Made by a program: the position numbers and the translations under genes
IMG/VR virus record: IMGVR_UViG_3300020411_000003
Source of the DNA: a virus
Length of the DNA stretch: 64,000 nt
Reading direction: 5' to 3' (one strand)
Part shown: piece by piece, positions 45,978 to 56,116 of the stretch
How the letters are laid out: each line of letters opens with the position of its first letter
Numbering within the stretch: the stretch's first letter is position 1
The notes under the pieces: generated by a model
The model's input: only the letters and a program-made list of their open reading frames with translations
Told to the model about the DNA's origin: nothing
Databases searched by the model: none

Positions 45978-46442
45978 TTACAGTTTATATTTTTCATCAG
46001 TAGTAATTTTAATTGGAGCTTGTTCAATCCTAATAGTTTGAACAGGACCAGATGAACCTGCCTTTGCTAATAAAGATTCCATCTCCTGTTTGGTAATACC
46101 ACCACTACCATTTACAGGTTGACCATTCTTGTCCATCTTCATAGTTCCATCACCCTTCTTACTAGCTGTCTGAATTCCGAAGCTAGCTAAAACTCCAGTA
46201 AAAACTGAAGCTATAAATGTCGGATCTATTTTCTGTTGAGGGACACCAGGTATGGCAACATAGTTTAAAGTTAATATGCCACCAGACCAGGCCAGCACTG
46301 TGATTCTGACCATTGTAGAAATGATCGCTGCTTGTTCTTCTGGGTCAGGAAGAATAGCATCCTTTGCCTTAGCAAAGAGACCTTTCTTTTGTTCTTTAGG
46401 TTCTTCAGTTACAACTGAATCCTCTTTCTTTGGTGTAGCCAT
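45978..46442 (-). CDS. Conserved cyanophage membrane protein
   Basis: Two TM helices; IDPTFIAS motif; late promoter at 46462-46469. Confidence 0.7.
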   Translation of the reverse strand: MATPKKEDSVVTEEPKEQKKGLFAKAKDAILPDPEEQAAIISTMVRITVLAWSGGILTLNYVAIPGVPQQKIDPTFIASVFTGVLASFGIQTASKKGDGTMKMDKNGQPVNGSGGITKQEMESLLAKAGSSGPVQTIRIEQAPIKITTDEKYKL

Positions 46443-46473
46443 AATATTAAACTTAGTGTCTTATTTATACACC

Positions 46474-49050
46474 TTATGGAGGCGTTGGACCAAAGTATGT
46501 ATTTGTTCTGGGGAAGTTCTGTACTCCACCTAAATCTGTGATGTGATCAGGTTGATGCCATCTCTTACCTTTGTTAGTTTGTTTATTCCATCCTGCAATG
46601 TATCCATCAATGTCTCTAGGATTAGTAGCAGTTAACATAAGGTTCTTAGGTACATCAGGCCAAGTGAGGTAAGTACCACTGTGAGTAGCATCATCCCACC
46701 CACCTGGTTTATTGATATTAGCATTACCTATGATATTAATCGCACCATACATTCCTTGATGAGCACCACACTGGTAATATATTGTTGTATTGTTTTGACT
46801 CCATGGAGTTCTAAAGAAGATGTATTTACTGTAACCTTCTGCCTGACCATGTGATTCACCTTGATTCTCTACTGCACCAGCAACAGCATCTGGATCATCA
46901 TTGCCAGTCCATAGATCACCACTACCAGAACTATTACCAACAGTTTTAATATACATTGGATGATTGTAGATAGATCCTTTTGATACTATATTAATCTGTC
47001 CACCAACTCCATTAGTATTCGATGAACAATAATAGTATGTTCCTACACCTGCATCCTTAGTATCCCAGATGACTACACTACCTTGATTACTAGCACCTTG
47101 ATTAGTTACACCCTGTTGAACTGTGTTTCCAACTCCATTAGTAAATGCAGTCTTAATATAAACTGGTTCTGCACTTGCATTAGCATAAGCAATCTCAATC
47201 TGAACCATGTCACCCTTCTCGACTGTCAACGTTGGTGCTGCTGTATTATATGTCGTACCAGTATCTCTATCATAGTGATGTCCATAGTACTGTCCGTTCC
47301 CATCTAATTGAGTCATGTAAAAATATGCACCACCAGAAGGTTGCTTAATGAATAACCAGTCACCAGCATTAACAGTGATTGTTGGGTTTGCTCCACTGAT
47401 AGCACCACTAGCATCAGTTCCACTGATAACATATCCACTTCCAGTTCCACTAGATGAGTTGACATCTACGAACCAGAATGAACCTGAACCTGAACCAGTA
47501 TCAAATGTCATAAAGTCATACTTACCTGCATACTCTATGAATCCAATGACATCACGGTTAGTAAATCTATGTTTATTAGTTGCTAAACATGCTGCAACAC
47601 CACAAACTTGTGGAGATGCCATGCTAGTACCACTTATTGCTTTAAAGAAGTTTGGTGATCCATACTTAGTATCAAGAGCACCAGTAGAATTATTATAAGC
47701 ACTAAGAATCATACTTCCAGGAGCCCATACTGTTATACCTGGACCATAGTTAGATGAAGTAGCCTTATGATATTCTGGTTCTGTACCTAAATTTCCAACA
47801 GCAATAACCTCATCAACACCAGTCAAACTAGCAGGAGATGATCCTCTCCATGCATAGATGTATGTACCATTACTCAACTTCAAATAATTATTCCAGAAAT
47901 CATCCTGACGATTAGGATGATAACAATTAGAGTTACCAGAAGCAGCAATAACTACAACACCATCTTGAATACAATCTTCAACGTCTGCATTAATAGAAGC
48001 ATAGTGTAGAGCCCATGAATACTCATACTCACCCATACCAAAGTCTGCATTCAACCCTGACATGTTCCAACCAGATGGATTAGGATTACTAGCACTGTAC
48101 AGAGTACCATTCCAATAAACTTCTTGATAATCTGATGGAGTCAATGGTAAGTCATACCCATTATCATACATGTCATAAGAATATCCCCAACTATGATTAG
48201 TGACAGTTGGATTGCGATGACCTGTCTCTGGATTGACTGGTTTATATAAATGGAATGCTCTTAAATAATCAAAGCATAAGAATGTACTTGGACCTGCAAA
48301 GGTAGCACCACCACCTCCACTAAGGATACCCATACTATAAATGTTTGCTTCTCTAGCCCATCCATACCACTGGCCAGCAACAGTACCTGCTACATGGATA
48401 CCATGAGAAGACATGTTATCTTGATTTAATGGATAGTTTGGAAGATAACTACCAGTTGGTATTGTCATACCATCATCATCTATACTACTAACATAGCTAC
48501 TTAACTCATTATACCATTCATACTGTACAAATCTACTCTGTCCAGTAGTAGGACTGTTCCATTCTGCACAGTCTCTTGACACTGGTTGATCAACAATAAC
48601 TACATCAACATGTCTACCATTGTTAAACATCTCATAGTTATCAGTAACTACTTCAGTAGAACCTCCAGATCCCCAACCTTGTCCAGAGACTAAACTCTTT
48701 CTTCTTTGTACATCAGTACCTGCTGTAGATAACTTACCCCAGTCTTTATGATTAGGTTGGTGACCTGTACTTCCTCTTTTAAAATCTCCTGAGTCTCCAT
48801 AAGGTTCAAAATTAATCTGACCAAATGGTCTAGGGAATATACCTAACTGTTCTGGATGCCTTTCACATGCAATAACTCTAGAGTCCTTTCGAATCTCTAC
48901 AGCATCCTCCTCTTCCATATAGTAGTGTGTGTTCCTACTGATAGGTCTCTTAGCACTCAATTTATATCCATCGGATGCCATGTCTGCATAGAATCCTTCC
49001 AAGTCCTCACGCTTACGAAGAGTGACTATGTAAATCTTATCAGTAGCCAT
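46474..49050 (-). CDS. Subtilisin-like S8 serine protease with C-terminal cupredoxin-like domains
   Basis: VVIVD, HGIHVAGTVAG and GTSMASPQV catalytic motifs; AASGN oxyanion motif. Confidence 0.88.
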   Translation of the reverse strand: MATDKIYIVTLRKREDLEGFYADMASDGYKLSAKRPISRNTHYYMEEEDAVEIRKDSRVIACERHPEQLGIFPRPFGQINFEPYGDSGDFKRGSTGHQPNHKDWGKLSTAGTDVQRRKSLVSGQGWGSGGSTEVVTDNYEMFNNGRHVDVVIVDQPVSRDCAEWNSPTTGQSRFVQYEWYNELSSYVSSIDDDGMTIPTGSYLPNYPLNQDNMSSHGIHVAGTVAGQWYGWAREANIYSMGILSGGGGATFAGPSTFLCFDYLRAFHLYKPVNPETGHRNPTVTNHSWGYSYDMYDNGYDLPLTPSDYQEVYWNGTLYSASNPNPSGWNMSGLNADFGMGEYEYSWALHYASINADVEDCIQDGVVVIAASGNSNCYHPNRQDDFWNNYLKLSNGTYIYAWRGSSPASLTGVDEVIAVGNLGTEPEYHKATSSNYGPGITVWAPGSMILSAYNNSTGALDTKYGSPNFFKAISGTSMASPQVCGVAACLATNKHRFTNRDVIGFIEYAGKYDFMTFDTGSGSGSFWFVDVNSSSGTGSGYVISGTDASGAISGANPTITVNAGDWLFIKQPSGGAYFYMTQLDGNGQYYGHHYDRDTGTTYNTAAPTLTVEKGDMVQIEIAYANASAEPVYIKTAFTNGVGNTVQQGVTNQGASNQGSVVIWDTKDAGVGTYYYCSSNTNGVGGQINIVSKGSIYNHPMYIKTVGNSSGSGDLWTGNDDPDAVAGAVENQGESHGQAEGYSKYIFFRTPWSQNNTTIYYQCGAHQGMYGAINIIGNANINKPGGWDDATHSGTYLTWPDVPKNLMLTATNPRDIDGYIAGWNKQTNKGKRWHQPDHITDLGGVQNFPRTNTYFGPTPP

Positions 49051-49051
49051 A

Positions 49052-51043
49052 TTACTTCTCTGTAACTACAAATGTAGCAGTGATTGTTAAGTTTGCTGTG
49101 TTACCACTTTTATTAACAACTTTCAAATAACAAGTAGTTCCAGGTGTACTATCATTATTCCAACCCACAACGCCTGGCGTTATGTTTTGTATAGTATCTC
49201 CAGTCGTAACAATCTCAGCAACTATACCTGCACCTGGTAGAGGGTCAGTCTCAATGTTTCTGTTCTGATCATTAGTTCTAGATGCAGCATCAATATACAT
49301 TGTTACCCATGCAGCATGACTAGTTTCAACTTTCAACAATTGATATGTTTTTCCAAGTGCTAGAGTACCAGTAGCAGTAGCACCATCAGCAAGAGAATTA
49401 AATGTTACTGAGTCAGTTGTTCTTTGATTCAATCCAGATCCAGAACTAGCAGATGTAACTCTACCCTTTGCATCTACTGTGATAGATGCATTGTCATATG
49501 ATCCAGCAGTAACACCTGACGTATCAAGCAACCAAGTCTGTCCACTGGCTGATACAACTACATCACCCTTGTCTCCATCAGTAACACCAGCACCGCCACC
49601 ACCTGTGGCATCTGCTTGGTTAGTCCATGTAGTTCCATTATATTTTAATACTTCATTTGTTTGTGGATTGGATAGAGAAACATCAGTTAGTCCATCTAAA
49701 TCTGTTGCTCCACCTCCACCACCAGATGCAGAAAGAACACCACTACCATTTATTGATAGACCCGATCCAACCTTAATACCACCAAGAACATTTGCTGTTG
49801 CAATAGGTAGTGCTTCATTCCATCCAGCACCAACACTTCTTGTAGGTGTAGAAGCATATACTATAAGAACACCTTTAAATATAGAAGGTGCTAAGTCAGA
49901 TCCATCATTATTAGTCCACTTTGTTGTAAATCCTGTGGTTGTTTTACTAAGTACCTCTATATTATGAGTAGCAAAATGTTCTCTGTTAGTATGAACATAA
50001 TAGTTTGTATCTGGTTGAGCAGTATCAAATGTGAAAACTATTTGATAATTAGAAGTATTATAAGCACCCCAACTCATACCAATACCAGTACCAGCAGAGT
50101 TACTTCCAACAACAGCATACGCTACAGGAGAAATTATAGTTTCACTAGTACCTGAGTCAACAAACTCAAGAGCATTACCAGCAGCATTAACTACTACATT
50201 TTTATTAGCAGCACCAGTAAAGTTAGCAGGTGTATCAGTTAAACCTGCAAATGTACTGGATCCACCTCCACCTCCTCCACCAGAGTTATCATCATCAGCA
50301 GGAGACCATCTATTATTTGAAGCATCCCACTTCAATACCTGACCATCAGTAACACCAGTGGTGTATACATCAGCAAGAGCACCAATAGATTTGTTTACAT
50401 CTAATAGTTCAACCCATGCTCCAGCATGTGCAAAGTATCCACTACCAGTAGAATGAACATGAGCAAACATACCATGATATGTACTAGGACTAACCGCATT
50501 GAGGTCGGTCATCGTAGCATACACATTAGAGTATGTAATCTTATATGAACCGAAGTTAATATCCTGAGCACCAACACCAAAATCACCCAGTCCCGTAGGG
50601 ATACTAGGTCTTCCTGTTAAATCTGTGTACGCACCAGTAGTAGCAACAGGTGCTAGGTTTGGTTTGTTTTTAATAAACGCAACATCATTTGGTGTACCTA
50701 CATTCCAGTCTGCTTGTTGTTGAGCAGGAGGTATGGTTGGTTTGTTAATCAGATCTGTGTAGTTACCACTCAATGCAACTGCCGACAGTGCTGGTTTGTT
50801 TTTAATATAATCTACTTCACTAGAAACAACCTCATTCCAATCAACTTGTACCTGTGCAGCAGGGATAGTAGGAAGTGTTGTCCATTGCAATGACGTACCA
50901 TCAGTAGTCAGGTACTGACCTGCACTACCAACGATACCATTTAACTGTAACGGTTTACCTGTAGGAAGGTTCAGACCTTCTTTCGCTTCTACAGGTCCGT
51001 TATCATTGTAATTGGCGATTTGATTCGCTAAGAGTTTTGACAT
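49052..51043 (-). CDS. Tail fibre-like structural protein
   Basis: QxDW..IKNKP repeats, LTDV..GQVLKW segments, GVTAGSY..ITVDAKGRVT. Confidence 0.78.
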   Translation of the reverse strand: MSKLLANQIANYNDNGPVEAKEGLNLPTGKPLQLNGIVGSAGQYLTTDGTSLQWTTLPTIPAAQVQVDWNEVVSSEVDYIKNKPALSAVALSGNYTDLINKPTIPPAQQQADWNVGTPNDVAFIKNKPNLAPVATTGAYTDLTGRPSIPTGLGDFGVGAQDINFGSYKITYSNVYATMTDLNAVSPSTYHGMFAHVHSTGSGYFAHAGAWVELLDVNKSIGALADVYTTGVTDGQVLKWDASNNRWSPADDDNSGGGGGGGSSTFAGLTDTPANFTGAANKNVVVNAAGNALEFVDSGTSETIISPVAYAVVGSNSAGTGIGMSWGAYNTSNYQIVFTFDTAQPDTNYYVHTNREHFATHNIEVLSKTTTGFTTKWTNNDGSDLAPSIFKGVLIVYASTPTRSVGAGWNEALPIATANVLGGIKVGSGLSINGSGVLSASGGGGGATDLDGLTDVSLSNPQTNEVLKYNGTTWTNQADATGGGGAGVTDGDKGDVVVSASGQTWLLDTSGVTAGSYDNASITVDAKGRVTSASSGSGLNQRTTDSVTFNSLADGATATGTLALGKTYQLLKVETSHAAWVTMYIDAASRTNDQNRNIETDPLPGAGIVAEIVTTGDTIQNITPGVVGWNNDSTPGTTCYLKVVNKSGNTANLTITATFVVTEK

Positions 51044-51088
51044 ACTTCTAGTCCTGAAGACACTTTTTCTAAGCTAGAAGTATTTAGG

Positions 51089-51703
51089 TCATGTCATGTT
51101 CAACGATATGATAGTCCTAGACTTCTCGCTTCTGTTAACTGGTGACTCATGAAATACCTGTGACGGAAAGATAATTATGTCACCCTCTCTCACTCCTGGT
51201 TGGAAGTGCATGATCTCTCCATTACATGTGAACATAGACGAATAAAACTTCGTTGCTTCGTGTACTTCTTCATCATAATCTGCATAGAATACAGCAGACC
51301 ATCCATTAGCTCCATGATTGTGAAGCGAATGGAACTCACCTTCTTCTTGTACTTGGAACCAGATCCTAGTAATATTATCAATAGGTTTCCTATAGAAACC
51401 TTTACCCATTGCTTCAGTACTTAGTCGTTGTAGATAGGGACCAAGTAGATCAATGAATGGTTTAAATTCTGAGTAGTCTGTATCCTCATAGTAACTGGTA
51501 TGACATGTGTCATTAATCTCAGCAGGATCTTTAAGGATTACTTCATCATGAAACGTAGAAAGATCGGAAAGAATTTCTTCCTTCCGATCTTGCCATTCTT
51601 CCACATGATACCTAAAGTAAGGCATCATGAACATACAGTTGTCAGGAAGAGGGTATGAACTTTCGTATCCGTCAGGAGGGATTCTCATTATCTTTGCCAC
51701 CAA
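51089..51703 (-). CDS. 2OG-Fe(II) oxygenase-like protein
   Basis: FHSLHNH..WSAVFY..IIFPSQVFHES..RTIISLN. Confidence 0.85.
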   Translation of the reverse strand: MVAKIMRIPPDGYESSYPLPDNCMFMMPYFRYHVEEWQDRKEEILSDLSTFHDEVILKDPAEINDTCHTSYYEDTDYSEFKPFIDLLGPYLQRLSTEAMGKGFYRKPIDNITRIWFQVQEEGEFHSLHNHGANGWSAVFYADYDEEVHEATKFYSSMFTCNGEIMHFQPGVREGDIIIFPSQVFHESPVNRSEKSRTIISLNMT

Positions 51704-52061
51704 GAGTAACTACATTATCAGGATGATTTGATGTATCAATACTGATGTCACCAGTAATTGTATCATCAATAAAATATGGATTGTCCATAGGTTTTGGTTC
51801 TTTCCATAACCCAGTATTCAAATCAACATTACTCTCAAGATTAAAATTGTACTGAGTAGGTACATCATATAGATGACCACCAAACTCAACTACATCATCA
51901 TTACCAAAATCTGCACGTACTACCTTCAACTTCTCTGTTAGATCAGCATACATCGCAGCTAGTTGTGGAACCAACTCAGAATACTGTTCTTCTAACGCAC
52001 CAATCAAACCTAGTCTAACTTCTTCCTTTGCTCTAAGCAAGTGTGTTCTAACGTCTGCCAT
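51672..52061 (-). CDS. Hypothetical protein
   Basis: 129-aa ORF in operon context. Confidence 0.65.
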   Translation of the reverse strand: MADVRTHLLRAKEEVRLGLIGALEEQYSELVPQLAAMYADLTEKLKVVRADFGNDDVVEFGGHLYDVPTQYNFNLESNVDLNTGLWKEPKPMDNPYFIDDTITGDISIDTSNHPDNVVTLGGKDNENPS

Positions 52062-52078
52062 AGTATATCTCCTGTAGT

Positions 52079-52237
52079 TTATATGTCACAGAAACCTGTA
52101 AGGTCTCCTGGATCTTGTGGAACCATCAGTATTGTAGCACCATTTGGTTTTTTTATCAAGACCACTTCACCATCTTCAGCTTTCTGTTGCCATTTGTCAA
52201 CATCTTTCTGAAATTCTGCTTCATCTAGTTCAATCAT
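52079..52237 (-). CDS. Small hypothetical protein (52 aa)
   Basis: Read by hand: MIELDEAEFQKDVDKWQQKAEDGEVVLIKKPNG... Confidence 0.6.
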   Translation of the reverse strand: MIELDEAEFQKDVDKWQQKAEDGEVVLIKKPNGATILMVPQDPGDLTGFCDI

Positions 52238-52241
52238 AGCT

Positions 52242-52499
52242 TCATACCACACAGCATATATTCTCTTTTTGCATGTACTTTAACGATTCTTGACAACCAC
52301 CGAGTCGTAGTCTCTCACCGCTAATGTCTAGCACGACCTGTGGATAAGTGGCATCATCACCAAACTCATCATAGAATTGTTGTTTGGTAAAGTTTTTATC
52401 CAACTCATACACAACGTGCTTTAGTTCTTCGAGTTCACAAACTGCCTTAAACTTTTCACAGAAAGGACAGCCAGGTTTAGAATAGATTGTAAAGATCAT
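52242..52499 (-). CDS. Glutaredoxin
   Basis: YSKPGCPFC..TYPQV..LGG. Confidence 0.9.
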   Translation of the reverse strand: MIFTIYSKPGCPFCEKFKAVCELEELKHVVYELDKNFTKQQFYDEFGDDATYPQVVLDISGERLRLGGCQESLKYMQKENICCVV

Positions 52500-52508
52500 A
52501 GACTTGTA

Positions 52509-53162
52509 TTAGGATTTACAAGCAGCAGCGTAATCTTTATCAAATTGAGCTAGACCAGCATCAGTTAATACATGGTCATACATTTTATCAAACACTTTCA
52601 CAGGTAAAGTACATACGTTAGCACCGTATTCAAATGCTCTACCTACATCTCTTACATTTCTAATTGAAGCAGCAAGAATTTGTGTCTCTACGCCGTGCAT
52701 CTTATATGTATTAGCGATATCTTTTACAAGACACAGACCACCAAATGAATTATCATCCACTCTTCCTACGAATGGTGAAACATATGATGCACCTGCCTTT
52801 GCAGCAAGAATTGCCTGTGATACAGAGAAGACTAGAGTTACATTAGTAAGAACATCATCATTACTTAATTCATAACATGCTTTCAATCCTTCACGTGTAC
52901 ATGGTACTTTAATAGTAACATTACTACTAAGATCAATGTATGGTTGTGCTTGTTCTACCATCTCTTCAGCAGTATCTGCTACTACTTCAGCAGAAATAGA
53001 CTCAAGGTTAGGACATGCTTGATAGATCTCTTCTATCACATCACTCTGTTGCCTTCCTGACCTGAGTATGAGAGTAGGGTTAGTGGTAACACCATCAACC
53101 AGACCAGTCTTATACCCATCAATAATTTGATCCACCTCTGCGGTGTCTAGAAATATTTTCAT
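52509..53162 (-). CDS. talC: Transaldolase (TalC/FSA family)
   Basis: MKIFLDTA..GVTTNPTL..IKVP..NVTLVFS..YVSPFVGR. Confidence 0.96.
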   Translation of the reverse strand: MKIFLDTAEVDQIIDGYKTGLVDGVTTNPTLILRSGRQQSDVIEEIYQACPNLESISAEVVADTAEEMVEQAQPYIDLSSNVTIKVPCTREGLKACYELSNDDVLTNVTLVFSVSQAILAAKAGASYVSPFVGRVDDNSFGGLCLVKDIANTYKMHGVETQILAASIRNVRDVGRAFEYGANVCTLPVKVFDKMYDHVLTDAGLAQFDKDYAAACKS

Positions 53163-53365
53163 TCGTTTAATGCTTCCATACGAAGGAACTGTTCATTCAT
53201 ATTATAATACAACTTGTAGTTGGTTGTCGTCACATAGTACCCTACTATGTCGGAACCATCACAATGATACCCATAACCTTTAAGTGGTTCATTGACACCA
53301 TCTATCCTAAAACATTTACCACCTTTCTCAAGGTAGTTGTGAAACTTTTCATCAAGGTTGATCAT
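53159..53365 (-). CDS. Small hypothetical protein
   Basis: Coupled ORF. Confidence 0.6.
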   Translation of the reverse strand: MINLDEKFHNYLEKGGKCFRIDGVNEPLKGYGYHCDGSDIVGYYVTTTNYKLYYNMNEQFLRMEALNE

Positions 53366-53613
53366 CTCTCCTCAAAAACTAATTTTCGCACCTTACGGTG
53401 GCGACGTGCCTCTTGATATTCTAACTCTTGTGGAGAGAAAAGTGATGCTTTCTTGACATTCTTATTGTACTGTAACAATTCCACTTTACCCATGTCATTT
53501 GCAGACACAGTATCTCCATGTAGTGATGTCATGTTAGGACAACCACAACAAACAAATTTATCTGATTGAACTACCATCTCCTTGCCACAGGCAAGGCATT
53601 TAACACCTTTCAT
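53362..53613 (-). CDS. Small Zn-finger-like protein
   Basis: CxxC...CCGCPN. Confidence 0.7.
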   Translation of the reverse strand: MKGVKCLACGKEMVVQSDKFVCCGCPNMTSLHGDTVSANDMGKVELLQYNKNVKKASLFSPQELEYQEARRHRKVRKLVFEER

Positions 53614-54071
53614 TTTTCTTTAAAATAGTCTTTCCTGTAGTAACGTCCTAAGATGTTACTATTATAATATGCTGGAGTGCCGTCTTCTAATGCTTCTGTC
53701 AGCACATCATTTATAAAGAGTTCTCTGGTCTCAGCGTAGTTTGTCCTGCCTTTGGTGGTGTGGAGACTGATGATCTCTCTCTTGAATAACTCGTTCCCAA
53801 GTAACTTTCTATCTGCTTTAAGTTCGTCAGAGCTTCCATAGTATTTTTTCCATGCACTCTCAGACGTAACCCTTCTCTTACCACCTCTAGGTTTACGGGA
53901 CTGATAGAAGTATTTTCTTCCGATGTATTGCTTGCCAGTTTGTAAATTAGTAATCCTGTAGACGAAACCGACGAAAGAGTCAATGTCGTTAGAAGTAAAA
54001 GTTGTACCTTTATAGGTCCAGGGGTTCTCATAATCTCCTTCACCCACTGCGGTCTTTGCGGTGGTTTCCAT
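53610..54071 (-). CDS. GIY-YIG-like protein conserved in T4-like phages
   Basis: GFVYRITN..KQYIGRK..YYGSS. Confidence 0.8.
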   Translation of the reverse strand: METTAKTAVGEGDYENPWTYKGTTFTSNDIDSFVGFVYRITNLQTGKQYIGRKYFYQSRKPRGGKRRVTSESAWKKYYGSSDELKADRKLLGNELFKREIISLHTTKGRTNYAETRELFINDVLTEALEDGTPAYYNSNILGRYYRKDYFKEK

Positions 54072-54086
54072 CCTAAAATATTCATT

Positions 54087-54278
54087 TTATTCCTCAGTAT
54101 TTATGTCCTCTTGTGAATGTATGGGAGGACCCATAGTTTTATACTCAAGTTGTTCCTTCAAGAAAACAACCTCAGCTTTGAGATTCTTATTCTCTTTTTC
54201 TAGTACCTCGATATGTTCTTCGTAAACAATAATCATATCTTGTAGTCGTTGATTTTCTAGTTCAAGATCCCAATCCAT
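54087..54278 (-). CDS. Small coiled-coil protein
   Basis: Heptad pattern. Confidence 0.6.
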   Translation of the reverse strand: MDWDLELENQRLQDMIIVYEEHIEVLEKENKNLKAEVVFLKEQLEYKTMGPPIHSQEDINTEE

Positions 54279-54350
54279 TGGGTATGTTGTAACCCTTGCA
54301 CTAAAAGGCTACGCATATTATATATGGGACTTTATATTAATTTTATATTG

Positions 54351-54731
54351 TCAAACCCACCGTGTAACCGTAACTTCTATACTGTTATCATCCATTTCCC
54401 ACTCTTCAGCAACCTGCCATCCATCTTCTTTAACTGTGTTGTGAACAGTCATCCGAGCATACTGCTGAGTTACCTTATCAATGAATCTTTCTGGTGGAAT
54501 AGGTTGTTTCCAAGTTTGAAGATCTGTAACGAGTTCGTAAACACCTTCCTTGTTACGTCTGAATCCAATGTCATCACCAACAGCAACATCAACGTTCCAT
54601 TGTCTGTGCTCGTGGTCAAGAGGATTCTCTAACTTAACATCAACCTCTACGTTATATTGTAGCAGTTCCAATGCTTCAATCAGTTGGGGCTTGTGCTTGA
54701 TCTTGGTTTTGATTGTGCTGAAGTGTGACAT
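54351..54731 (-). CDS. DUF1257/Ycf35-like protein
   Basis: MSHFSTIKTKI..DIGF..YELV.D..QQYA. Confidence 0.85.
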   Translation of the reverse strand: MSHFSTIKTKIKHKPQLIEALELLQYNVEVDVKLENPLDHEHRQWNVDVAVGDDIGFRRNKEGVYELVTDLQTWKQPIPPERFIDKVTQQYARMTVHNTVKEDGWQVAEEWEMDDNSIEVTVTRWV

Positions 54732-54891
54732 TGTTATAGTATTCTGGTTTAAGTTCTCTGGTTACTACTGTACCTAGTGCTTCTTCAATAGATTTGGTAA
54801 GTTTTAAACACTCACCACCCTGTTCTCCTATAACCTCTTCGGTTACAGTACCATCTTGATTAATTATAAATTTTAACATCTGTTGTTTCAT
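54676..54891 (-). CDS. DUF2997-like protein
   Basis: FII..DGTVTEEVIG..G..C...T..IEEALG. Confidence 0.82.
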   Translation of the reverse strand: MKQQMLKFIINQDGTVTEEVIGEQGGECLKLTKSIEEALGTVVTRELKPEYYNNVTLQHNQNQDQAQAPTD

Positions 54892-55664
54892 AAAGGTATT
54901 AGTACAGATCCTGGATCAGATAATGTAGTTAAGTCCCAAGCAAGTGTGATTCTAGGAGTGTCAGTATTATGCACTGAAGTAAAGTGTGGTACTGTTCCTG
55001 GAAATAAAGTTAATGTGCCTGGTTTGTTATTACTATAGAATTTATAACCATCTTCCAGTTGATATAATGGATGACAGTATATAGTTTGTGATTCGTCACA
55101 AGTTATAACCATATTACCTGCAAGATATGAATGAGGATGTGTCGAATGGATATGGTTTCCAATCTTCTCACCTCTTCTCAACACATTAAACCAAGCACGT
55201 ATAAGTATCTTACCTTCATGCCTGTAATTATTGTGTAATACTTTTCTATTATATTCTTTATGGAATTTCTTAATAACCTTACGTAACTTAGTTAGTTCAG
55301 AACACTCATCTTCCCATTGGAATATATTATACTTTCGCAACCTTTGTGTTAAGGTTGGTGCTTGAGGAGCGACATCAGGTTCTGGTTCACATCCATCAAG
55401 TATAGACTCCTCTTTGGATAGAAAGAAATCTCTCAGTACATCCAAATCTAAGTCCCAACCTATACTTTCAAAGACACACCAACGCATTTCCTTTGGTGCA
55501 TAAGGTGTTTGTGGTGGTGGACAATCAAAGATCATCATGTTTCTATCACCAACACCATCTTCAGTTTCAAAGTTATTATTAGTGATGTACATATTTACAT
55601 CAGCAATATCATTGTTCATATTTTTTAATGCTCTGTTCCCATTCCTGTAGGGATGATGAAACAT
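54888..55664 (-). CDS. 2OG-Fe(II) oxygenase-like protein
   Basis: WFNV..HIHS..LTLFP..VPH..RITLAWD. Confidence 0.85.
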   Translation of the reverse strand: MFHHPYRNGNRALKNMNNDIADVNMYITNNNFETEDGVGDRNMMIFDCPPPQTPYAPKEMRWCVFESIGWDLDLDVLRDFFLSKEESILDGCEPEPDVAPQAPTLTQRLRKYNIFQWEDECSELTKLRKVIKKFHKEYNRKVLHNNYRHEGKILIRAWFNVLRRGEKIGNHIHSTHPHSYLAGNMVITCDESQTIYCHPLYQLEDGYKFYSNNKPGTLTLFPGTVPHFTSVHNTDTPRITLAWDLTTLSDPGSVLIPL

Positions 55665-55971
55665 CAGGAGGTTCGGGATCCTTGATCCCTTTGATCTTCT
55701 TCCATTTATTATGAAGTGCTTGCATCATCCATGACTGAGAAAGACTATGTGGACCTTCTTCTAGCAGACCTAACTCATACTTACTAGAAGTATATCCTTT
55801 CATTTCCTCACGCCAATCAGGGACATCACATTCCTTAAGCTCTTCGACACATGCGTCTTCGCATTCTTTATCGTTGACATCACACTCACTAGTACATTCA
55901 AAGTATTGATCGGTGCAATCTTTTTGCTCTTCGGAAGGATCTCCTTGAATCTGTTTGTCATTGTTTTCCAT
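55609..55971 (-). CDS. Hypothetical protein with periodic Cys-rich acidic N-terminus
   Basis: CTDQYFECTSECDVNDKECEDACVEELKEC. Confidence 0.6.
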   Translation of the reverse strand: MENNDKQIQGDPSEEQKDCTDQYFECTSECDVNDKECEDACVEELKECDVPDWREEMKGYTSSKYELGLLEEGPHSLSQSWMMQALHNKWKKIKGIKDPEPPDVSSSLQEWEQSIKKYEQ

Positions 55972-56116
55972 TAAGTATCTCTATTTCTATTGGTTTATCC
56001 AGTCTTTGCAACACACTCTGTACCGAGTATGCAGTAAAGATCTGTGGGATTATAAACGCTACCATTGCTATGACCCAGAAGACATAGTAATAGTTCTCTT
56101 TATTTTGTGTTCTCAT
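55958..56116 (-). CDS. Small membrane protein (52 aa)
   Basis: Read by hand: MRTQNKENYYYVFWVIAMVAFIIPQIFTAY... Confidence 0.6.
   Translation of the reverse strand: MRTQNKENYYYVFWVIAMVAFIIPQIFTAYSVQSVLQRLDKPIEIEILNGKQ

Noticed and set aside
53610-54071. Mobile GIY-YIG homing endonuclease
   Set aside because: It is short, lacks a DNA-binding extension and is tightly coupled in an operon; it resembles a conserved resident gene.
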